From Octopus bimaculoides (Eukaryota), in NCBI RefSeq assembly GCF_001194135.2, contig NC_068997.1, forward strand, positions 54,640,099 to 54,704,098: a DNA stretch of 64,000 nucleotides, given 5' to 3'. Positions 1 through 13,649 of the stretch are shown here, piece by piece. The position numbers and the translations under genes are program-made. Positions within the stretch are counted from its first letter, which is position 1; every line of letters begins with the position of its first letter. The notes below the pieces were generated by a model. The model was not told where the DNA came from and made no database searches. It saw only the letters and a program-made list of their open reading frames with translations.

Positions 1-719
1 AAGAGTTTTTACTCAGAACAGTAGTAAGCGAATGAAATAGTGATGGTAATTTACACCTATACATATACTGTACGTGTATGGGTTTCATCCTGTATACATC
101 TTCATGTGAATATATACACACGACTACACCTGTATAGTATTTATACAGGTATGCATGTATGCATGCATATAATCCCTGCATTCATTCATGTATGTATATC
201 AAATTGCATATATAAATAATTGTGTATATATGGTTATGTGAAATTGCCCCGTTTTTGTGAGTTTTCTGTTTAAAGTTTCTCTATGCAGTCTGTTGCCATA
301 ACTCTGAATTATTTACCAACATTTATTGCTCATAGAGCACTTTTATGATTATATTCTTCAAGATAGTAACATTCCATTATATCTAAGAATACATGTATAT
401 CTTAGTTTGTACATGTGAGTCTGTGCGATCATTTTTGTGCCCACTTTCCATGCTGGTAAGGGTTTGATAGAGAGTCCTGTTCCGAATTCTTATTCACAGT
501 TATTACTCTCCTGGATGTGACAGAGAGCCAAGTCTTGCTTGTGCAGTCTACTTCTGCTACTGTCTCTTTATCCTTTTTAACATTGACCACTTTACATACT
601 ATTCTGGATGCATTTTCACCAACACAATCTGAGAAACTCTACTCGACTGAAGAGTCTTCCTGACCCTTCAATGTTTCTGTTTGCCATCTACTTTAGAATA
701 TATTGGGCATGTGTACGTG

Positions 720-720
720 T

Positions 721-769
<49 letters not shown>
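720..769. repeat. (CA)n microsatellite
   Basis: Seen directly; others at 39337-39390, 46324-46366, 47484-47572 and 52228-52300. Confidence 0.95.
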
Positions 770-770
<1 letters not shown>

Positions 771-3013
771 TTCAGTTCACTTTTATTGTTAATGTAAAAT
801 GATAGTAAGACTTGTTCTGTTTAGTCACATATTTTAAGTAAACTGGTATAGAATAGATTCAACTGGTTACTATTCGTCTGAACTACTCTTTTCCCTTGTC
901 TTCATTAATTGGCCTCATCTCTTGCTCTCATCAATTCTAATGTACTCTATGGATCCATCTTGTTCTTTCTCCTGATTAATTGTCTCTTTTATTAATTGCT
1001 AAATGTCAGTCACTATTAACTTCATCAAATCCTCTACAAATAACTCAACCAGCCATTCCACTTTATTAAATCTATTATCTTGTCAGCTGCAATAATGTCA
1101 TCTGTTAAAGAGGATCTTTGACTATTTTGTAATGGGAATGGCTCTACTAACAAATTTATCTTAAAGAATAACAACCTAATTAATCTCCTGCATCACCATG
1201 CAATTTCATAATCCTTCATCTCACAACTTGTGTTACGCTTTCAAATTTCCACTCATCTCTCACTTGATATGTAACTCAATGACTTCAATATAGGTTTAGC
1301 CATCTTTCCCATACCAAAATATATTCTATTCTTGATTATTCTTTCAAAGATGCGATGGTACAACACAGGCATTAACCTACATCCTCTATCATGTCAAAAA
1401 AAAAAAAAGGGCATAGTCTTTATAGCAGTAGAGGGGACCTTATTTTCATCAAAAGGTATTCCTAAACCCAATATAAAACAACTGCATTCTCCGTTTATTC
1501 AGGCTGACAGTCTGCATGTACTCTCACTTCCCTTCTTTCTTTCTACTCATGCTCTCCGGCTCTTCGAATCTCACCTCTAAAGACATGCAGTTTTTCATTC
1601 AGAGAACCACCATCCATTTCATTGTCTTTCAATTTTATGTATACTCGTTTTATATTACATTAGCGTGCAGATCTTCAAACTCTTGCTTTAACATCACCAA
1701 CATTATATCTTTAATTATGCTGCAGCATAATAGCATAATAGTTGTGTTTGGGGAATTATATTCTCAGTAAACTGTTGGCCTCAGCTTTTGTTACTTTGAA
1801 CAATCAATGACTATATACCATTGAAAGAAAAAAGTATTGCTGAGAATGAAATGTTTTATTTTTCATATGTTTTCCACGTGTATGTGTTATGCATGTGTCT
1901 GTATGTTATGTGTATATGTGCCTTTATATTTGTGTGTGTGTGTGTGTTTATGCATATGTGTGTTTTTCAACCACTTGCAAGTGAGTAAGACTTGGCAGCA
2001 TGCACCACACTTTCATTCATTGTTTTAGGTGTCACTGTATTCCTGAACTGACACATAAACTTTCAGTCCACTCATCTTGACCCAACATAACAGCAGGATG
2101 TGCCAGCTGGAGGGAGTGAGGACTGTATCAGCATTGCCTTACTCAAGCATATGAAACACCACCTAGTTCAGGAATTGAACCTAATACTTCACAATTATGA
2201 AGTCAACATCCTAACCGCTAGGCTAAGCTCTTTCACATACAAATACACTGAACCATCTAGAGCTAATGCATTCTTTACGTTATCTATACTGCTATCCATT
2301 TCTCTCCCTCTTCTGGATGACTTATACTTTACTTGTCACCCATTCTTGTTTCCCTTTGCTATTGCCTATCATTTCCCTCCCATCATCATTTCACTAATTC
2401 TGCCTCTACCATTCTACTCTTGCTCCTTTCACACCCCACATCTTTGCCTTCTACTGTTACCCTTCGCTACCACATTACCTGTGTGAAAGTAGATACCTTA
2501 AGTTTCTGAGTACTCTTTACATATACAGCATACAAGGCAGCCTCCTCTAATGCTGGTGGCATAACGGAACTCCTCTCCCCCATGTGTGCACACTAACATG
2601 ATTAGTAAGCAAGCACTGGTAATGTAGAGAAGTTGCTTAATGCTATCACATCAAGGACTTTACAACCTCCCTAGTTCTGGTACCATGAAAAATACACCCA
2701 GTAAACAATGTACATTGGATGGCAATTAAGTAGAGAAAAGACAAGGTTTAAATGTCCCTTAGTTCTGACTGAGAACTTATCAAACCCTTTAGTACTGGTT
2801 CCATGAGAAAATGCACCTAGTACACTCTGTAAAGTGATTGGCATTAAGAAGGGCATTCATCCAAAGAAACCAAGTCAAAGTGACATGATTGAGCACTGGC
2901 CTATGTTATCAGTGTCTCAAAATATTTTTAAAAAACCAAAGAACTTTAACTGTGATAACTTGGCCAAACCATTTCAAAATGGAAAGCAGACATAAAAATT
3001 CTTTATGATAATG

Positions 3014-3044
<31 letters not shown>

Positions 3045-4749
3045 GTTTGTCATACAATTTATTGCATATTATATAATTTCAAATGAAAGATGTATTTCAT
3101 ACAGTAATGCCTGGTGGCTTTTACTTCAAATTTGCTATGAAAGAAAGAACAAAATGAATATTAATGCAGCTGTTGACTGTTAATAAAATCCTTTATATAT
3201 TATATATTCATAGCATCTGTCAATTGTTTAATTTTGTTTTTCTCCTATATCATGTAACTGAATGCCATTTAAAACATTATTGCATTCTTGACATCCATAT
3301 TTTGTCAGTGTAGTCTTGTCTGTTGAGATGTTTTCAAGGAAGATAACTAAAAGGTTTTTTAATAATGTATATAAATCTAAGGAATACCATTATTGCCATC
3401 ATGATTTTGACACCCACTTTTCTATACTCACATAGGTTAGACAATTCATTGAGAAAGAAATTCTGCAACAAGACACTCTTCCTGTTGCCAACCCTCATCT
3501 GTTTCCAAGCAAAGTAAAATTTCCCTGTACCTAGCCATCTGTTTCTCCTGCTAATGCTCTCTACACAACAATCTATGTATTTCACCTCACCATTAATTCT
3601 CTCCCCACAGCCATGTGTATATTTCATTTCCAGGTGTTATGAATTATGAAAATGTCTTAGAAACTAATCTTCCACACTACTATCCATTAAGCAAAAGTTT
3701 TCTCTAGCTTTATGGATATGATCCCCCTATGAAAGCCTTTTCTAGGCTCATAAATACAAAGTAGTTCTGTATGATCTACTTTTCTTGGCAGCTGGAATAA
3801 AACCTATTGATGCTTACTCAATCTTTTACTAATTTTATCATGACAGATAATACATGCATTATACATTTAGGTATAACAGGTTGAGGATTTTTATATCATA
3901 ATTGTTCTATTTGTTTTAGCAACTTAAATGCCATATTATTTTCATTGACATAGAGAATAAATATGATCAACTTATTTCAGACTTTCTCTTCATCAAGGAT
4001 TGAACATATGGTTGTGCTTTGATTCTTGGTACATTTATCACTGCAAGACCTATTTTCTGATTTTGCGTTTTTCACAGCCCATATTCGAAGATTTCAACTA
4101 CATCAATAGACTTCTCTCATGGAAATCTTCCTGCCATACACTAAAATGGTCAGTAGTTCTTCAAGAGATTGTCTTGAAAGAACTAACTATTGTTTCTATT
4201 AAAGAATCTATTTTGCATTCAAATTGCTTATCAAAACCTACTTTCAACATCTACACTGTCATCTCTTGGGATTTTATGTGCACTCTTAATTTTCTTACAA
4301 ACTAATCAATATTAGGTGGAATATTGAGAATCTGGAAAAACCCACTGTGAATCTGTGTTGGTGAAAGTAATCCATTGGAATAAAGTTTTATTAAAAACAG
4401 AAGTCATTGCATTAAGTAGTGCGGAAAAGGAACACATTATCAGTATTTTGAGCATATGCTCTTTTTCTAGATGAATGAGAGAAAAGGAGAAAAGAATTAG
4501 TGATGTATTTATTCAACAAGTCATGATGGTAATGAATGCAGGAAGTATTTAGGCGGTAGGTCACATGTTGATATTTTATTAACAGAGATGAGTGAGCAGC
4601 AGTATGTAAAGTGGATTGGAAATATCATGGTGCAAGTAAGCATGTATTTGTGTCTAGGAGATGCAATGAAAGGTGAAGGGGAGGAGTTAGAGGGAAATAA
4701 TTAAAAAAAAAAAACCTGGTTAAACATTGCATGTGTCAACAGTCATCAT

Positions 4750-5190
4750 TCAACGTGATTGTTGAGGTCAAGCTGTTTTTATGTTACAGCTGTATCTAAC
4801 AGATAAATTGTTAACCCTGTCATAATTACAATATGTCTGGCACTCACACTTTAGTCAGTTCCAACATTTCTTTTATTTAGCAATATCTTTATTTCATAAG
4901 TGGTCTCTTCACTCGGCCTCTTGATCTTTGTTCCTCAGAAGGAGATAACTGTATCCATTTCTACCTAGCACGTCCATTACTTCTCTTGTTACATCAATCA
5001 TGCTTTCTCATCTAAACTCCACACTAACTGTTGCGTTCAATCTTTTCTTCCCAGAACATCAGTCCTTTGGAATCTCTTTCATGTCAGCATCTTTCTTGCA
5101 GACATTGACGAATGGATGTTCAAAGTGAACATCAACCCTATGTTCTCACTAGCATTTAAAGGGCTGAGCTCATGCACCCTGCTCCTTTTT
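4750..5190 (-). mobile_element. Decayed RTE-like LINE 3' region; similar-looking remnants at about 900-1330 and 3340-4310
   Basis: Degenerate 'RGR...KT...L...LT' C-terminal pattern on the minus strand; all frames interrupted. Confidence 0.35.
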
Positions 5191-8100
5191 CTTGACTAAT
5201 TTAGAGAAAGGAGTTTTTATGAATAAGTACATCAACATTGATGTTTGATAAATTGACCAATATATGTGTATTTATATATTTGTGTATTTGAAGATATATA
5301 TATATATAATGTATATAAATATATTTGTGTATGTATATATAACATGCACACACACGTATATATTTAAGTGGGACTTCTTGAAAACTAAAAAATACTTGTT
5401 GAAAATGATTTATGTTTACCACATAGATGGTATATCTGCAAACAATCATTAATCTTTTCTACAGCTGATTTTTAAAAATATATTCTTTTGGGCATTATTT
5501 TCTTACATAGTTAATTTTTTCATTGGGGACAAAAACAACAGATACACTGTCAATCTGTCTCTCTCCTCCCCTCTCTCTACCTCTTTCTCATTTATTATAA
5601 CATTGTCTTCTTATTGAAATACATTTATTTTTTAACCAATAAAACAGCCAGTCAAATAGAATAAAATCAATCTTGTCAGAGTGAAAAGAGATAGAAATCA
5701 TTCTTTATGTATATTGTTGAAATGGTTGTTGTATATTTCAACCTACCTTATGTATTTACTACACATTCATTTTACTAGACATTGTAACAAATTCCAAGAC
5801 TTTACTAAATAGCAATTTTACTTGTGTGCTCCCAAATCCTCTTCCAATCATAGTTTACTTTTTATAGATCCTGACAGACAAAAATTAAGAAATAACAAAA
5901 ATGAGAAGGAATTATGAAGTATAATAACCTCACTTAAAATTCTCATTTAATGAATAAACATTTGAAGAAGATTTCTAATTTGTTTATAAAAATTCTTTAA
6001 GTATTTACAATAGAAATTAAGTTGGCCACATTAAGGCTTCCTGCGTTCAGCATTGACCATGCACATGTACTTCCAGGCTAGGTCAATGCTGTTTTTCCTT
6101 TTGAGGAACACTTGAAGTTACTCATGAATGCAAATCTTCTCCATGTCACCTAAATTTATCTAAAGGAAAGGCTGCAAACTAGAGCTGATATAGTTTAGTA
6201 CTTAAGAGCCAGAACAGCCAGTGTAAGATATCTTGCTTGACCTCTGTTAATGCACCATATGGGACTGATACTTAATTATTGACCCTGAAAAGAGGAAGGT
6301 GAAGTTGAGCTCAGTGGGATTTGAACTCATGAGAAGAGTTCAGACAATTTTTCAATTTGTGTCTAAGAAACTTAAAGAATTACTGAAAGTATGTTACTTG
6401 TTACCAAGCCATACTTAGTTGCTAGTGATGACCGACTGCACTGTATGAAATGAATATTGAATGAAATAAATTAGAAACATCAAATTGAGTTTATACTCTT
6501 TACATTTGTTCTTTTTTAATACAAGGTGAATATATGTGGCTTTAGAGGCTCTATTTCATAAGTCTTTGCCAGCTGGAGGGCCTTCAGTGAATGAATGATT
6601 AGTTATTGAAAATAACATTAGGGACCTTGCAGCACTTGATGTCCAGGGCCAACACTCTTACATCGGCTCTAAATTTATTTGCTTTGCTCTGTCATACAGC
6701 TGATACCAGAATGATTTAAGAAAATCTTTGTCCGTATTTTGCTAAGTATTCCTTAAAGTAAATGCTTGAAAATATAAATTTTATGTTAGCCACTGTTTTA
6801 GAGAAAAATAGTTATTAGAAGAATGAATTTGCAAAAGAAATAGTAACATAGAAAGATCAAGCAACTTAATAGATGTAAAGGACATTCGTTATAATTGAGC
6901 TCTGCATTTATATATAAACCAGATGTAAAAAAGGAGGAAGAAAATTTCAAATGGGATAATATGGAATTACTTTGTGTGCATGCTTGCTTGCAGATCTCTG
7001 TTTCACTGTTCATCTCTTTATATCCTTAAGTTTTAGTATAGTGTTGTATAATAAAGAAACAGGATAGATCACAAACTTAGTAATATTTGAATAGAACACT
7101 GAAAGTTAATTACAGCTGTTCTGCAGAAACAATTATAGTTGAATTAAGTTTGAAAATTGTAAACACTTAAAAAAAGAGAAGAAGAAAAAATAGATAGCTC
7201 TAAGGAAAATTATTGAAGACGATTTTGCAATTTCTGATTTAGTTTTAATAAGAATTTCATCAGCATCTCTGCTAATTTGGACAAAGATTGCTGGATGTTT
7301 TAACAATTTTGAACATTAAGAAATTATGGAACCATTTTCTATTGTGTTAGCTAAAAGCTTTACTGGTAGAATTTTTATAGATATGTATCGACAATATGTA
7401 TATATTTCAGTTAAATATGTAAAAGGTGAATATATATTTATCAATGTATATTTTTTAAGTACGAAAGATCTTGAGTTATAATAGTGAAATCACTTCATAG
7501 AGTTTGCTAAAAGCTTCATGTGTGCTACACATTTGCAGCACTTATTTCAGTATATAGAAATATTGATGTACATACATATATGTATATATTATTCATGATA
7601 TCACATATAATATACTTGTCAATTTGTATATCTTATAAGTAACTATTACAAAAAAAGAAAAGAATGATACCACTTAGACACTTTTTCGACATTAATAGAG
7701 CAGTTGGCTTGAATTTCAGACTAGTTTTACATCTTCTTTCAAAAATACTTTTCTCTTTAATTTGCTTTTAGAATATTTCCAAAAAATTTATGAAGTCATT
7801 TCGAGTTTGTCTTTTTTGTTTTTAACATTAAAGCCTGAAATATTTCCTTTATTATATTACATTTTTATTTTTATTTTTCATTTTATTTTTCATCAACACT
7901 AAACCTCCAACAAGGTGCAATGTCTGACATTTTAATTCTATGAATAAATTATTGAAAATTATTATTGACAATCTGTTATGAATAAAATTGAGAGCACCAT
8001 ATTTTAAAATCCGAAAATATTTTCACTATAACAAAATTATATTAATTTTTTTTCTAAAAGTTTTCATAATTTTGAAATATATTCATCCTATGAATTTGTT

Positions 8101-8544
8101 TTTGCCAGTAATACTGATCCGTAAACACAGAAAATCTATTTTCTTTGATAAATGGTGAATTACAAGAATAATATATAACTAGATTTTGCTGCTCATGTTT
8201 GGAATGATTTTCAGAGTGATTAATCGATCATTTCCATTCATAATTTGCATACACTTGTGTGTGTGGTGTACATTTTTAAAAATGATATCTAAAAACACAT
8301 ATTTCTTAATTTACAGTAGCAAAGTATTTCACAATAATCCAAAAATTTTGCCAAGTTAAAGTAATTTTGGGTAACAATTTATCAGCCTTTCTTATATTTT
8401 CTAAATTATTTTTATTTTCATCTTCCCCAAATTTACCCAATTATTGCTTTTTAGGAAATGTCTCAGATTAATCTGCATATTGAATGAAAACCTTAATTTA
8501 CATATAAAACAAGTAAGCCCTTAAAATTTGGTTATAGTTCTATC

Positions 8545-8720
8545 ATCTGTTAGAGTTGATGGAAAATATCTGTATTCTACCAAATTTATTCGCAAGTCAT
8601 TGGCTGGTCAACAGCTATAGTGGAAAACCCTTTGCTAAGGTGCTGTACAGTAAGCTTGAAATTGAAACTACAAGGTTGCAATGTGGGCTTCTTAAGCACT
8701 CAGCCATATCTGTACCTATA
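8545..8720 (-). mobile_element. tRNA-derived SINE, old copy
   Basis: Head 'tataggtacagatatggctgagtgcttaagaag' and body 'gcaccttagcaaagggttttccactatagc...tttggtaga', similar to copies near 23120-23205 and 42020-42140. Confidence 0.55.
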
Positions 8721-8729
8721 AAATATTAT

Positions 8730-8811
8730 TGGCAGTGGTGGAATACAAACCCATACCTCTGAAGAGACTGGTGCCTTAAACTAAAAGCCTACACTGCTTG
8801 GCCAAGCACAA
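8730..8811 (-). pseudogene. Decayed tRNA-Leu(AAG) copy
   Basis: The minus strand reads ttgtgcttggccaagcagtgtaggcttttagtttaaggcaccagtctcttcagaggtatgggtttgtattccaccactgcca. This is 82 nt, colinear with eukaryotic tRNA-Leu including the long variable arm, with AAG at 8777-8775. CpG-type decay and a broken T-loop indicate it is non-functional. Confidence 0.75.
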
Positions 8812-8966
8812 CTTCTCAACATAAAGTGATTAGATTTTCTGTTTTATTACAATTTATTTGCTTCTCCCCATTAAATAATTCACAATTACTATAATTCTGA
8901 TAATTCTGTGCAAATATTAGAGAGAAAATTTTACAGCTGTCCTATAGCAGACATGGATTTGTGTTA

Positions 8967-8969
<3 letters not shown>

Positions 8970-9025
<56 letters not shown>
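8970..9025. repeat. (TA)n microsatellite
   Basis: Seen directly. Confidence 0.95.
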
Positions 9026-9029
<4 letters not shown>

Positions 9030-10762
9030 CATGTAACTGCTTAGTATGTGTCATATTTTCAATATATGTTTCCTGATTATTCCAACACTCATGAATATTT
9101 TCGTTCTGTTTTACAGATGAAATGATTTATTGCATTTAAATTAGAAATAATGGCTGTGTGGAAATTCAAAGGCCAGCTCTAAATAGAATCATTGTGAGAC
9201 AATGTTATACTTCACCATAAATCTAAATGCAGTTTAATAAAATGTAGCCATGTTGTCAAATGATTTCATCACATAACTAACTAGAAAAGTATAATTTTTA
9301 AAATATAGCATTCCTCTAAACGAATAAAAAGGAATTGTATCTATAGAGGGACATTTAAAAATGGATAAGTAATGTGAACATGGCTGAGATATTCTCTTCA
9401 CTGGATTGGAACATCAATTCATTCCAGATTTTGTCTTGAGTAGAACTGAAGTTGGTGCCATGTGCATCAGCAAGTAATTTAATGACACTGAATACAGCGA
9501 CAGTGGCTGCTAAACTCATTCATTTTGAACTACAGATGTACTGTACTAGGATTTGAACCAATGATCCATTAGTTCACTAAACTGCCTCATCTCACTAGAA
9601 ATCTCATTTGCTCTGTAGAATTGTTCATGGGAAATATTTCTATCACATATTCAGTCTCACATAAACACATATTATATTAATTATAATGTAATAATAAATC
9701 ATGTAACATTAATAAATAAGTTTAGGTCTGATGAAACATGTAAAATTTATTGCAATGAATAAGGCATAAATATCTGACCAAATAAACAAGAATAATATAA
9801 TTTTGTTCTCAAAGCTTGGCAAATTCACATGATTCTTTTGCCAACTCTATACAAAGTTAATCCTAATATTTATGTCTGTGATGTTGTAAAATGTCAAATT
9901 ATTACTGCTGCTCCGAAAATTTAAATGAAATTAAAATACATACTGGAACCTTGTCACTAATTAATCAACTTTGTTAAGCAGACCAATGATTGTCCAGCTG
10001 GAAACTATAATTCTATTGTTCACAAATGCTGGACAAATGAAAAAAAATGTATTTTCAGTTCTAATATTTAACATTTTAATTGAAGGAAAAAAAAGAAAAA
10101 CCCCTTTTTTTGTAAGTGATTCTATCTTCAAATACTCTTGGGAAAGTTGTGAATGCTATTTCTATTTTCTTTTCCATAAGCACAAACCATATTCTATAGA
10201 CACATGACAGTAGTATTATTAGACATGTGAGATCAACTAATTATAAAATTTGATTAACAATAGGATATTATTTTCAGTAAACAAATGAATGTAGCATAAA
10301 TGAAATATATACTTGTTACAATGACAACTTTGGCCCTGTGGGGTTGTTTTAGTCTCACATTTGCAAAATTAAAGACATATTGAAATTGGTCATATTAGGT
10401 TTTTCACCAACTTTAATGATTAGTCCAGAAGTATTAAAAGTTGATTTAGTATATAGTCTTGTGTCTGACAGTGTAAGACCAAATATAAACTTTGTCATAA
10501 ATTACTGATAGTTTAAGGTAACGTTCATTCAATGTTTCTTCTCTAGGCCTTTCCCCTTCACCCTGGTGGCAAATAAAAGTAATTATTATCATCATTATTA
10601 TTATTCAGTAGTCTTATTTTTATCATTTGCTTTCATGTTATGTATTTGTATGTGTTTTAATCGTACCTTAGGGATTGTTTCGGTTTTTAGGCTCCATTTT
10701 CAAGTTACCTCTATTTCCAGATTTTTACATTTTGAGAGTTTCTACGTGGTAGTTATTATTAT

Positions 10763-11460
10763 ATTCATATACACACAATAGATTAGACTGTTGGAAAAGA
10801 AAAGAATCCTAACATCAGGCTGCAACAAGTAACCTCATGACAAGAACCCTGCTAAGTATCCTAGCTGTCCCTAATAACATGGTTTTCTGCAGCTGTACTA
10901 AATTTGGTTTTATACCTATTTCCTCTATACATCTGTCCAAATCTTTAGGGATAGTTCCCAATGAATCTATACTGGGATACATTTTACCTGCACTTTCCAT
11001 AGTCTCTGCAATTCAATGGCTAGGGCCTGGTACTTTTCTATTTTTCCTATACCTATCATATTGATTTTTTTTCATCATTTGAGACTGTAAAGTCAATTAT
11101 CTGGCATTTTCTATTCTCTTTATTTGCTACTACTAAATCAGGCCTTCTAGCTTCTATTACTCTGTCAGTCCAAATGTTAAAATCCCACAAGATGTTATAT
11201 TTCTTACTTTCTAGTTCTTTACTAGGTTCACGTTCATATCATTTATCAGTGTGTTCAAATCCTAGCTTTCTACATAACTCCCCGTGGATTACTCTCCCTA
11301 GATTGTCATGTCTTTTCTTGTACTCTTTCTGTGCCAGCATGCCACATTCACTTACTATAGGAGTAATGCTTTCCTCTTTTGATTTACATAGCCCACATTG
11401 GGAATCTACTTGGCTGTTGTCTATCTTAGCTTTTTTACAATGAGTCCTCAATGCTTGATC
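10763..11460 (-). mobile_element. 5'-truncated R4/Dong-like non-LTR retrotransposon (zinc knuckle plus restriction-like endonuclease)
   Basis: Translation: CGLC...IVSECGMLAQKEYKKRHD...IHGELC; ILWDFNIWTDRVIEARRPDLVV...IID; SLGTIPK...LQKTMLLGTARIL. These are R4-clade CCHC and PD-(D/E)xK motifs, interrupted by stops and frameshifts. Confidence 0.85.
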
Positions 11461-12100
11461 ATTATTATTATTATTAATTCCACTGAAGTCGACTTTACTT
11501 TTCATACTTTCATAAATATCCATAAATTTCAGGCAAAATGCTTAATGGCATTTTATGTTCTGAGTTCAAATTCTGCTGAAGTCAGCTTTGCCACTCATTC
11601 TTTCAGGGTTGATATAATAAGCACCTGTTGAGCACTCAGTTTGATGTATAGGTGAATTCGTTATTTTTTCTCTTTACCTACGCGTGCGTGCGCGCGCGTG
11701 TGTGTATGTATTATATACTCACATATATGCATACATACTTTTGGGTAGGGTGAAGTGATGAAATGCAATAAACAATATTTGGCATGATATGGATGATTCG
11801 AAATAAAGTTTGCTTATTTTAGAGCTGTTACCACTATTGATATTATGAAAATTTCATATATTTAATAGTGATAAAACAATAGTATATTGTAGAGTTACAA
11901 GATCAACAGGAACTAGTAATGCAACAGTAGAAGTATAGAATCTAAAAAGTTGAAATCGCAAGAACCCTTATCACTAAGAAACAGGGTAAAGTCTAATGGG
12001 GGAAACAAATTACCATGTGTGGTTTGGTCTGGTTTAGAAAAGGGAACAGCATTAACATTACCAAAGACACATTGGCAAAGAAGACATTTTTATTGGTTCT

Positions 12101-12290
12101 TTAATCCTTTAGCATTGAATCTAGCCGTAACTAGCCCAGATATTCTACCTAATTTTCTGTTCAAATTAGCCAGATCCAGCCTCTCACACCTGCCCTACAA
12201 TATTATTCTAAAAATAAACAATGACATCATTGTAATCTTGAAGCTTTGAGATAATGCATGATTAATTCAAAATAATGTGACTGAATGAGG
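12101..12290 (+). mobile_element. piggyBac-like MITE fragment
   Basis: Begins TTAA-tcctttagcatt and is colinear with 29662-29835 (cccagatattctacct...ctctcacacct.ccctacaat...gattaattcaaaa). Confidence 0.5.
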
Positions 12291-12999
12291 GTTAGGTTGA
12301 TTTTAAACTACAAATTATAACTGTATGATGAAGATATCTTATTCATAGGATGGCCTAAAGCTATAATACTCTCATGGTTTATATTAACTTTCAAAATATG
12401 ACCAACTCAGCCTGAAAATGCAAGTCAGAAAGGTTAAACTGAAAGATTTAAATAGAAAGGTTAAAGTGTCTAATAATTCATAGTAATACTGAAACCATGT
12501 ATTACTAATTTCTGATTTGTAGCACACCAGTTTTATGAGTTATGCTGTTACTTGTTTAATCAATTCTGAAGTGAAAGACAAAAATATCTATAATCAATGC
12601 CATAATGTTGATTAATATAATTGAATATCTGTAAGATTCACTGAAATAAATATGAGAAGATTGTCGTAAAGTTTGAAAATATTCGTCCTATAAACTCACC
12701 ATGGGAAAGAGTTAAAACCCTGAGCAATGTTTTGAACTTTTGTGAAATTATTGAAAAATAATCAGCCTTAAACTAGGCTAGGGGGTGCCTGTTTTGAATT
12801 ATGCATATTAATCAAATAAGTTGACAAAAATATCAATAACTTCACATAGATATTTTCTTGCAAACTCATTGATATATCATTTTTTTCAACAATTCTATGA
12901 AAGTAATAAATAGAAAAAGACTTCAATTCAAAAACTGGTACTAATTTATACACTTAAGAATATACAGCTGCTTTTAAAGAAATGTGTAAAAATACATAA

Positions 13000-13358
13000 A
13001 TGTGTGCGTGCGTGTGTGCATATACATGTGTGTATGTATATGTATGTGGATGTGCATATATATATCAAACGTGTATATGTATTGCATATGTGTTTGTGTA
13101 TACATATGCATACATATACGTGTGTGTGTGTATTATATACTCACATATATGCATAAGCAAATTGAACATGTGTATGCTGTTCACATTATTTTGCCATTTG
13201 CACAGATTACTAGATTTTAAAAACACTTTTGTACATGTTTACACTAATGTATATATATATGAATGCACATGTATATAAGAAATGTTTTTGTAAGTATGTG
13301 TGTATATGTGTATATATTTGTGTACATATGTGCATACATTAATCTGTATATATGCACA

Positions 13359-13391
<33 letters not shown>

Positions 13392-13410
13392 GTATATGTG
13401 CACATACATA
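13000..13410. repeat. Degenerate TA/TG dinucleotide low-complexity tract
   Basis: Seen directly; explains the spurious ORFs 13000-13278 and 13002-13220. Confidence 0.85.
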
Positions 13411-13649
13411 CAAGATGATATAATTGGAACTAAAAAATTATAAGCATATGCTCAATGAAATAATAATTAGAATATATAATAAACAAATGACCATATGTAA
13501 ACAAAGAGAAACACTTCCAATGGATAGAAAATGGAAAATGGAAGCAGATGTGAAAGCAGGAAGGCCTTTTTGTTAAGTAAAAGCTACAGAATAGAAAAGA
13601 ATGAATAATGGAAGGGAGGACATGATTAGCTTGGTGAGACACCTGTTGT

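Noticed and set aside
8554-8762. Plus-strand ORF MMENICILPNLFASHW... with an apparent acceptor and gtaagc donor
   Set aside because: It is the antisense strand of a SINE plus the tRNA-Leu pseudogene.
9370-9530. Short minus-strand ORF MSLAATVAVFSVIKLLADAHG... resembling a signal peptide
   Set aside because: Overlaps a decayed SINE-like segment with a tRNA-type head near 9560; no supporting promoter or splice evidence.
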